In this document: one piece after another, positions 1 through 7,417 of the stretch
Layout: each line of letters begins with the position of its first letter
Position numbering within the stretch: position 1 is the stretch's first letter
NCBI GenBank assembly: GCA_041690135.1
Contig: JAWLHY010000016.1
Span: 125,906-189,905 of the forward strand
Length of the DNA: 64,000 nt
Reading direction: 5' to 3'
DNA from: Armatimonadota bacterium
GTDB taxonomy: Bacteria > Armatimonadota > SYMT01
Notes under the pieces: model-generated
Databases searched by the model: none
Told to the model about the DNA's origin: nothing
Seen by the model: only the letters and a program-made list of their open reading frames with translations
Position numbers and translations under genes: made by a program

Positions 1-1638
1 GCGGCATCGATCGAGCGGGAACTCTCCAGCAACGTCCGCACCCTCCGGGCGCTGGCCGAGTCGGAGTACCTGGATCAGGACGATCTGAAGGCATTCCACG
101 CGCAAGCGATGCGAGTGCAGAGCACTCAGCCCGGGTGGCTGACGGTCCTCTTGCTGAATCCGGATGGACGCCAACTGGTCAATTCTGCGCGGCCCTGGGG
201 AACGTCCCTAACGGGCGCGCAAGAGCCGGATAGCCTGCGTGCAGTCGTGAAAAGTGGCCGGCCCGTGGTCGGGCGCCTGGCCCGAGGAAAACGAGGGAAC
301 TGGGCTTTTCCCGTCCGGGTGCCCATCAAACGGGCGGGCGAGATCCGCTATGTGCTCACCGCCGCTGTGACGTGGGAGTCGCTGGCGGACGTGGTCGCCC
401 ACCAGCTGCCGCCTCAGGAAGAATGGACGCGGGTCATCGTGGACCAGTCCGGTCGAATCGCGGCGCGGACTCGCAATCCCGAACAGTGGGTCGGACAACT
501 CGGCACCCCTTCCTTCATTCAACGGTCCGCCGCTTCCGCAGAGGGAGTTTACCGCGACCGAACAATGGAAGGGACCTCGGTCTATGTAGCCTTCAGCCGG
601 GTCCCGGGTAGCGGCTGGACCGCCGCGGTAACGGCTCCCGTGCTCGTTGTCGAGAAGTCGGTACGCAGTTCGCTGGCAGCGGTTCTGGTCCTGGGTCTGG
701 TGCTACTACTGGCCAGTGGAGCGGGAGCATTCTACCTCTCGCGACATGTGTCACAGGGGATCATCTCGGTAGCCGCGGCCGCGGAAGCCCTGGCACACGG
801 CGCACGTCCCGTTTCCAAGCCGGCGGGGATTACAGAGGTTGCCCGCCTGGGAGAAGCGCTGGAGCGCTCCGCGGCCCTGCTCCAGGCACGCGAGCGAGAA
901 CGGGATGAACACTTACATCAGGCCGAAGCGGCGCGCGCCGAAGCAGAAGCGGCCAGCCGCGCCAAGGACGAGTTCCTCGCGATGCTCGGCCATGAACTGC
1001 GCAATCCCCTCTCCCCTATCCTCACCGCCGTGGAGATCATGAAGCTGCGGCAAGCAGGCCAGCCTCGAGAGCTCGGCGTCATCGAGCGGCAGGCGCATCA
1101 CCTGACGCGCCTGGTGGACGATCTCCTGGATGTCTCCCGGATCACCCGCGGAAAGATCGAGCTGCGGAAGGAGTCGGTGGACCTGGCCGGCGTCGTCGCC
1201 CGCGCCCTGGAAATGGTTAACCCGCTCCTGGAACAGCGTGAGCATGAGGTTGCAGTCGTCTGTGGCTGCGACGCGCTGCGGGTGGTCGGCGACCCGGTGC
1301 GCTTGGCCCAGGTGATGGCCAACCTCCTCACCAATGCGGCTCGCTATACCGAGCCCGGCGGCCGCATTGAGGTGGTCTCCGAACGGAAAAGCAACCAGGC
1401 CGTGATCCGGGTCAAGGACAACGGCCAGGGCCTCGCCGCCGACCTGCTGCCACGCGTGTTCGATCTGTTCGTCCAGGGGCCGCGCGCCCTTGCTCGGCAG
1501 GAGGGCGGATTGGGGATTGGCCTGACCCTGGTGCGCAGCCTGGTCGAGATGCACGGCGGCACCGTCGAAGTATCGAGCGACGGTCTGGGGAAAGGGAGCA
1601 CCTTCACCGTGCGGCTTCCGCTGGCAGATACCGTTTAA
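1..1638 (+). CDS. Membrane sensor histidine kinase (Cache-like sensor, TM, HAMP-like, HisKA, HATPase); 5'-truncated by window edge
   Basis: Frame open from base 1; H-box EFLAMLGHELRNPL, N-box QVMANLLTNAARY, G boxes DNGQG and GGLGIGL; no receiver domain. Confidence 0.93.
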   Translation, partial: AASIERELSSNVRTLRALAESEYLDQDDLKAFHAQAMRVQSTQPGWLTVLLLNPDGRQLVNSARPWGTSLTGAQEPDSLRAVVKSGRPVVGRLARGKRGNWAFPVRVPIKRAGEIRYVLTAAVTWESLADVVAHQLPPQEEWTRVIVDQSGRIAARTRNPEQWVGQLGTPSFIQRSAASAEGVYRDRTMEGTSVYVAFSRVPGSGWTAAVTAPVLVVEKSVRSSLAAVLVLGLVLLLASGAGAFYLSRHVSQGIISVAAAAEALAHGARPVSKPAGITEVARLGEALERSAALLQARERERDEHLHQAEAARAEAEAASRAKDEFLAMLGHELRNPLSPILTAVEIMKLRQAGQPRELGVIERQAHHLTRLVDDLLDVSRITRGKIELRKESVDLAGVVARALEMVNPLLEQREHEVAVVCGCDALRVVGDPVRLAQVMANLLTNAARYTEPGGRIEVVSERKSNQAVIRVKDNGQGLAADLLPRVFDLFVQGPRALARQEGGLGIGLTLVRSLVEMHGGTVEVSSDGLGKGSTFTVRLPLADTV

Positions 1639-1771
1639 TCATCCGAGCTTTGTGGCATGCCACAGTTGCACTTGGCCGGCATCGCCTGACGCAAATCCCG
1701 TGTCCGGGTCAGTCACTTGCCTGGAGACCGGGATCACCGTATCGAGGCCGGTCCGCAAAGGAGAATGCCGG

Positions 1772-2644
1772 ATGTTTCGCCGTATCGAAGCCTTACAGTA
1801 CCATGCCAAGCCGGACAAGCCGGATCCTGTATTCGCTCGCCAGCTCCAGGAAGTCCTGGGAGGCCAATGGGGCGAGATGAGTGTGATGATGAGCTATCTC
1901 TTCCAGGGCTGGAACTGCCGCGGCCCGGCCAAGTACCGGGACATGATCCTGGACATCGCCACCGAGGAGATTGGGCACGTGGAGATGCTGGCGACCATGA
2001 TCGCCCGGCTCCTGGAGCGAGCGCCCCTGGAAGCGCAAGAGGATGCCGCCCGCAACCCGATTGTGGGTGCGATCATGGGCGGCACCGATCCCCAGGCGGT
2101 GCTTGCCGGAATGAACCCGCAGCACATTATCGTCACGGGCCTGGGCGCCAGCCCCACCGACAGCGTAGGCTACCCCTGGAATTCCCGTTACACCATCGCC
2201 AGCGGCAACCTCCTCGCCGATTTCCGGTTCAACGTGACGGCGGAGTCGCAGGGGCGCCTCCAGGTGACCCGCCTGTGGGAACTGACGAATGACAGCGGGG
2301 TCCGCGACATGCTGTCGTTCTTGATCGCCCGCGACACGATGCACCAGAACCAGTGGCTGGCCGCCATCGAAGAACTGGAAGCGGAGGGACTGGAAGCTAC
2401 CCCGGTGCCGGTGACCTTCCCGCAGGAGAAGGAGCTGCGCGAGGTGTCGTACCAGTACATGAACTTCTCCGAGAGTATCCAGAGCCAGGATGGCCGCTGG
2501 GCGAGCGGACCCGCGCCGGATGGCAAAGGAGAGTTCCAGTACGTGGCGGATCCCCAGCCCTTGGGAGAAGTCCCCGACCTGGGCATGGTGGACCCGCGCG
2601 TTCACGGCACCGCCAAGAAGCCGATCCCACCCCTGGCGGCATGA
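1772..2644 (+). CDS. Manganese catalase family protein
   Basis: LQEVLGGQWGE, DIATEEIGHVEML, NVTAESQGRL and ARDTMHQNQW motifs; AAGGAG RBS before ATG 1772. Confidence 0.93.
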   Translation: MFRRIEALQYHAKPDKPDPVFARQLQEVLGGQWGEMSVMMSYLFQGWNCRGPAKYRDMILDIATEEIGHVEMLATMIARLLERAPLEAQEDAARNPIVGAIMGGTDPQAVLAGMNPQHIIVTGLGASPTDSVGYPWNSRYTIASGNLLADFRFNVTAESQGRLQVTRLWELTNDSGVRDMLSFLIARDTMHQNQWLAAIEELEAEGLEATPVPVTFPQEKELREVSYQYMNFSESIQSQDGRWASGPAPDGKGEFQYVADPQPLGEVPDLGMVDPRVHGTAKKPIPPLAA

Positions 2645-2664
2645 GGTAGTCCACGGCGATGTTC

Positions 2665-2695
2665 GCGAGCCGAAGCTCCCGTGGCTTCGGCTCGC
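2665..2695 (+). terminator. Stem-loop/terminator after Mn catalase
   Basis: GCGAGCCGAAGC-7nt-GCTTCGGCTCGC perfect 12-bp inverted repeat; weak U tail. Confidence 0.6.
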
Positions 2696-2702
2696 TATTG
2701 GG

Positions 2703-2731
2703 TTTAGAGGTGGGACCGAGCCGGCTATAAC
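2703..2731 (+). promoter_or_regulatory. Possible sigma70-type promoter for the phosphoesterase gene
   Basis: TTTAGA-17nt-TATAAC upstream of GTG 2765. Confidence 0.4.
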
Positions 2732-2764
2732 TCACGGGCAAAGCACCGCCTGCTTGTACTACCC

Positions 2765-4747
2765 GTGAAGCTCGTCGATCTCGTTAACTTTTTCAAAAGC
2801 CCGCACGACCGCGATATCATCGCGCATCGCACCGCGCCGCCCGGTCCGCGCGGCTACACTCTGGAACTGCCGCAGCCGCCGGATCCCGAGCGGTTTGTCT
2901 TTCTCGCCCTGGGCGACAGTGGCGACTCCGCTGCCGTGGGCGCGCAACAGTCTCCACAGGACGCTGTGGCGGCCTGCCTGGCGGAAGACGCAGCCCTCCC
3001 CGAAAGCCAGGGGGATGCCCGGCTGGTGGTGCACACTGGCGACGTGGTGTACATGACCGGCGAGCGACGGATGTACGACCGCAACTTCCGGCGGCCCTAC
3101 GCGCCCTTTCTCACGGCCGGCAGCACGGTCGATCACCTCGTGTTCCGGCTGCCCTTCCTGCCGGTGCCCGGCAACCATGATTATTACGATTACTCGGGCA
3201 TCGTCAGCTGGTTGACCCGCACTCCCATCCTGGGGGCGGGAGTGGCGGCGGTGGCTCGCGAGTTGTTCGGTTTTCACCTTCCACAGGGCGGTTCGGACAT
3301 GGGGGCTGCCTATATGCACGCCTTCGTGGCCGGGAGTGCGGCCGAACGCGATGCCCCTTACGAGCTAGGGCATCGTACCCGCATCCCCAACCGCTACTAC
3401 CGGTTCCGCGTGGGAAATGCGGACTTCTTTGCCCTCGATTCGAATACCCTGGAAGCGCCTCCGCCCAATGGGCACCTGGACGCCGAGCGTGAGGATGCAG
3501 CGCGACACGTGCGGGCACTCGAACGGCGGGCTCGCGCGCTCAGCCGACAGATCGAACGCGATGAGCGGGCCGTTGAGAAGTGGCTGCAGAGCGAGCGCGA
3601 ACGGGCTGCCGAGGATGTGGAACGCCTGGCGGAGCTCCGGGTTTCCGGCCTGATGGTAGGCTCGGCGCTCGACAACCTGGCAACCGCTCTCCGGAACCTG
3701 GAGCCCGCTACCCCTGCTTGCGGACCGCCGGCGGACGAAGCAGCGCATCTCGCCCAACGCTGGCGAGATGCGACGGCGGAAGTGGTACCTGGCGGAAGCT
3801 TACGAGCGAACATTGATGCACTGGAGAACCTGGATGGAGCCGCGGATCGCTGCTGCGAGCTCCTGGATCGGCTGGAAGTTTGCTTTACGGAACTTCCGGC
3901 GGGGTCCGGGCGTGAGGCACTGGAGGCGGCGCGCGATGCGGTGTTGCGCGCGACAGCGCGCTGGCGGGACTACGAATGCGGGAGCCCGCCGGCAGACTTG
4001 TGCGAGCGGCTGCGGCGCCTCTCGGCCCGTGCCCTGGATGTCCACCGTCACCTGGCATTGGAGCGGCGGCGTGTCGACCGCCGGCCGGAGGATCACGATG
4101 CCGCGCAACTAGAATGGCTGCGAGAGGGGCTGGAACAGTCTCTTCGCGACAACCCGGATGGTTGGCGGATCGTTTACCTGCACCAACCGCTCTACACAAC
4201 GATCGGAAACCACAGCGAAAACCATGACGTGGTGGGGGTACGCGAGAACCTGCTGCCCTTACTGCGCGACCGCGTCCACCTGGTGCTTGCCGGTCACGCG
4301 CACGCCTTCGAGTGGTTCCGCTCGGACACGCTTCCCACTACGGGACTGGTGGTGACCGGTGGCGGTGGTCAACCCTGGCTCTGGCGCTCGATTCTCGACC
4401 CACGCCAGATCCGGCGCTTCCGCTCCCTCTACCAGTCGCTTCGGGACGGGGGCGCAATGGAGTGCGCCCTGGCCGGGTTCGGCCCGCCCGCGGCGGACGG
4501 CGAACGGGGAGGGCTTTACCACTACCTGCGGGTCGAGGTCACGCCGGACAGAATCCTGGTCACTCCGGTAGGTGTGCGGCGCATAGACAACGGGTATCGG
4601 CGGGAAACCCCAATGCCGGTCTACCACGTCCCGGAGCTACCTTCCGAACTCCCGGTGGGGAAACCGCTCTGGCAGCGCCGGTTCTTAAGTGGAATCGAGA
4701 TCCGCCGGGGTGAGCCGCCACAGCCCCTGTGGGCCAACGAACTCTGA
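2765..4747 (+). CDS. Calcineurin-like metallophosphoesterase (purple acid phosphatase-like motifs) with large helical insertion
   Basis: LGDSG, GDVVY, GNHDY, YLHQP and GHAH metal-binding motifs; about 215-aa helical insert. Confidence 0.85.
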   Translation: MKLVDLVNFFKSPHDRDIIAHRTAPPGPRGYTLELPQPPDPERFVFLALGDSGDSAAVGAQQSPQDAVAACLAEDAALPESQGDARLVVHTGDVVYMTGERRMYDRNFRRPYAPFLTAGSTVDHLVFRLPFLPVPGNHDYYDYSGIVSWLTRTPILGAGVAAVARELFGFHLPQGGSDMGAAYMHAFVAGSAAERDAPYELGHRTRIPNRYYRFRVGNADFFALDSNTLEAPPPNGHLDAEREDAARHVRALERRARALSRQIERDERAVEKWLQSERERAAEDVERLAELRVSGLMVGSALDNLATALRNLEPATPACGPPADEAAHLAQRWRDATAEVVPGGSLRANIDALENLDGAADRCCELLDRLEVCFTELPAGSGREALEAARDAVLRATARWRDYECGSPPADLCERLRRLSARALDVHRHLALERRRVDRRPEDHDAAQLEWLREGLEQSLRDNPDGWRIVYLHQPLYTTIGNHSENHDVVGVRENLLPLLRDRVHLVLAGHAHAFEWFRSDTLPTTGLVVTGGGGQPWLWRSILDPRQIRRFRSLYQSLRDGGAMECALAGFGPPAADGERGGLYHYLRVEVTPDRILVTPVGVRRIDNGYRRETPMPVYHVPELPSELPVGKPLWQRRFLSGIEIRRGEPPQPLWANEL

Positions 4748-4820
4748 CCCGGTGAAGCTGATTCAGAACTTGTGCGGAAGGTGAGAGCAAACCTGGCGTG
4801 GTCTCTTGCCTGCACCACCG

Positions 4821-6218
4821 TCACCCGAACAAGCGCACGAGCGGTGAACCCGTACTCAAAGGGATCGGGCGCCCGAGAGGATCGACCAACTCCGTCGCGG
4901 GGTGGATACCGAGGGCATGGTAGAGGGTGGCGGCCAGGTCTTCGGGTGTTACGGGGTCGGAAAGGGGGTAGGCGGCGTCCCGGTCGGAAGCACCGTAGAC
5001 CTGCCCCCCGCGGATACCCCCGCCGGCGAGCACCACGGTGTTGCAGGCGGCCCAGTGGTCCCGGCCCGCGTTCTTGTTGATCGTAGGGGTCCGGCCGAAC
5101 TCACCGAGGCAGATGACCAGGGTTTCCTCCAGCAGACCCCGCTCGTGGAGATCGGCGATAAGCGCGGAAAATGCACGGTCGAACGGCGGAAGGAGGCTGC
5201 CTTTCAGCTGCTTGAAGTTGTCCGCGTGGGTATCCCAGAAGGCATCGTCGCGCATCCAGTTGACCGTCACCAGCCCCACTCCGGACTCCACCAACCGGCG
5301 GGCCAACAGTAGCCCCTGGCCGAACGGGTGGGAGCCGTACTTTTCGCGCACCGGGGCGGGCTCGGCCTTCAGGTTCCAGGCTTCCCGCGCAGCCGTGGAA
5401 AGCGTGAGTTCCAGTGCCCGGCGGCGATGTTCGTCGAACCGGGACGTCGCGGCGACCGGCTCCAGCGCGCGCCACCGGCGGTCGACGTCTTCAAGCAGGG
5501 ACCGCCTCCGGCTCAGGCGACCGTCCGGCAGTGCGATCTCCGGGTGGAACGGCCGGAAATCCGGGCGACTGGGGTCCTGGCTCAGGAATAGCGGATCGTG
5601 TTCCGCACCGAGAAAGCCCGCGAAGAAGCCCGGGAAGATGTGGTTGTTCGCGGAGACTTGATTCGCGGGTGCGTTCAGACTGACGCCGGAAGGGATGGGG
5701 CCGGAGCCTGGGCGCAACTTCCTCACCACGGCGCCAAAGGTGGGGAAATCGGTGGCCTGGTTTTGCGGATTGGTGTTCGGTCGAGCGTGGCGATGGCCGG
5801 TGAGCATGTAGTGCATCGCCACGGTGTGCGTGTTGTCCGGGTGGGTCACGGAGCGCACGAACGCCAGGTGTTCCGCCTGGCGCGCCAGCAGGGGCAAATG
5901 TTCGCACACGGAGATCCCGGACACGGTGGTGGGAATCGGGCGGAACTCCCCACGCACCTCGGCCGTGCCCTCGGGCTTCATGTCCCAGAGATCCTGGTGC
6001 CCCGGCGCTCCAAACAGAAAGGCGACAATGCAGGACTTCGCCCGACCGAACGACCGTGGGGGCGCACTCCCAACAGCAACCGCTTCGGCAGCTGCGGCGC
6101 GACCGCAAAGCAGCTCGGGAAGGATCAGCCCCCCGAACCCCAGGCCACCGGCGCGAAGCCATTCACGCCGGCTGATCCCTTCGCACAATTTGAGCGGTCC
6201 GTCCCCAACTGAAAGCAT
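4821..6218 (-). CDS. DUF1501 family protein
   Basis: SRREWL Tat-like N-terminus; WDMKP, LLARRLVESGV, WDTH, GEFGRTP and GRDHW motifs. Confidence 0.9.
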   Translation of the reverse strand: MLSVGDGPLKLCEGISRREWLRAGGLGFGGLILPELLCGRAAAAEAVAVGSAPPRSFGRAKSCIVAFLFGAPGHQDLWDMKPEGTAEVRGEFRPIPTTVSGISVCEHLPLLARQAEHLAFVRSVTHPDNTHTVAMHYMLTGHRHARPNTNPQNQATDFPTFGAVVRKLRPGSGPIPSGVSLNAPANQVSANNHIFPGFFAGFLGAEHDPLFLSQDPSRPDFRPFHPEIALPDGRLSRRRSLLEDVDRRWRALEPVAATSRFDEHRRRALELTLSTAAREAWNLKAEPAPVREKYGSHPFGQGLLLARRLVESGVGLVTVNWMRDDAFWDTHADNFKQLKGSLLPPFDRAFSALIADLHERGLLEETLVICLGEFGRTPTINKNAGRDHWAACNTVVLAGGGIRGGQVYGASDRDAAYPLSDPVTPEDLAATLYHALGIHPATELVDPLGRPIPLSTGSPLVRLFG

Positions 6219-6330
6219 GGCGCCCCGTCCTTGCCCGAGTAGGACAGCGGACCGGAGCCGGGGTTTCGGGAAACATGGGGCCGCCGCACCTGAAGCAGCG
6301 AACGTGCGCTATCTGGGACGCCAATACAAC

Positions 6331-6366
6331 AACGGGGGGTCCGGAGAACTCTCAGGCCCCCCTGTT
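6331..6366 (-). terminator. Intrinsic terminator closing the gdh-cNMP operon
   Basis: Minus strand AACAGGGGGGCC...GGACCCCCCGTTGTTGT GC-rich stem just after the stop at 6389. Confidence 0.6.
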
Positions 6367-6388
6367 TTCGCGACTCGTCCGCCCGAGC

Positions 6389-7249
6389 TTAGCGAGGGTA
6401 AAGGGAGACGGTGATGATGTGCCAGACCACCATCTGTACGGCGACGGCGGTGAGTAGCAGGTGGTAAAGGGTCCAGCCGCGCATGAACCGGTGGTAAGAT
6501 CGAAGGACCTCCACCTGGTTCAGGTCGCGGACCAGTTGACGCGCCTCCATCGAGAGGGGCGTTAACTCAGCGGCCGCCGCGTCCACCTGCCCGTCCCAGA
6601 AGTTCCAGTCCGGCATGCGCCACAGGTTGGCGCTCCGCCGAGCGGCCATCGCACGCACCGCCCGGTCCACATCCTGCTTGCTGAACTTCGGCGCGCCGGG
6701 GCCTTCCGCTTCCGCCAGGGTGTAAAGGCGGGTGAGGATGCGGTCGCGACTGGCGTTGATCTCGGTCAGGACCGACGGGGTGTACTCGTGGCGAACCATC
6801 CACCAGCGGATGAGTGTCTGGTAGAGCCATCCGAAAACCCCGGTTCCTACCGTGCCCCAGTAGCCGATCTGGAGCGCGGTCAGGAAGGGGGAGCGAAATT
6901 GGAACCCGCTGTGGCAGCCCAGCAAAACCAGTGCGATCAGGCCCAGGACGAGGTGGGCGCGATACCAGAATTGGAGCGTGCCGCTGCGGCTCCGGTAGGA
7001 GATCCTACGCAGACCGTAAAGTGCGAGAAAGGCAAACAGCACCGTGCCGGCCAGGCCGTAATAGCGACCCCATTGCGTGGCGGCCGGAACTTCCGCGCCG
7101 GCCGTGGCCTGCAAGTAGAACCAGATCAACCCACCACTGAGCAGCCACGCCAGTACGGTGAGCACCCGGTAACCCGTACGCGTGGGCCTGGTGGCGACGT
7201 CGGGTCGAACCGCCGCACCGGGAATAGCTGATGAATCGGAAGCTCCCAT
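6389..7249 (-). CDS. Multi-pass membrane protein with two H-x13-H pairs (ferric reductase-like putative di-heme b domain)
   Basis: About 5 hydrophobic helices; WYRAHLVLGLIALVLLGCH and WTLYHLLLTAVAVQMVVWH; start ATG 7249 or GTG 7255. Confidence 0.75.
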   Translation of the reverse strand: MGASDSSAIPGAAVRPDVATRPTRTGYRVLTVLAWLLSGGLIWFYLQATAGAEVPAATQWGRYYGLAGTVLFAFLALYGLRRISYRSRSGTLQFWYRAHLVLGLIALVLLGCHSGFQFRSPFLTALQIGYWGTVGTGVFGWLYQTLIRWWMVRHEYTPSVLTEINASRDRILTRLYTLAEAEGPGAPKFSKQDVDRAVRAMAARRSANLWRMPDWNFWDGQVDAAAAELTPLSMEARQLVRDLNQVEVLRSYHRFMRGWTLYHLLLTAVAVQMVVWHIITVSLYPR

Positions 7250-7417
7250 AACCACCTGGTCTACCGGCTCTGCCGCCGGTTGTCGTTTCGCTGTATGAGC
7301 CGGACCCGCTACGGAGTCCGTGCGTTCCCTTCGCCGGGTACCCGAAGTGGCCTCCCGCGAAACCCGATCCTTCGGGAGGGAGATGGGACCGCAACTACGG
7401 CTTCGGGCGTGCGCAAG

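Noticed and set aside
1653-1670. Sigma-54-like TGGCA...TTGCA upstream of the catalase gene
   Set aside because: GG-to-GC spacing is 12 rather than the required 10
2732-2768. Hairpin TCACGGG/CCCGTGA covering the GTG start, with GGGCAAA reminiscent of a c-di-GMP-I riboswitch
   Set aside because: No GNRA loop/receptor or second stem; the predicted promoter would start transcription inside the 5' arm
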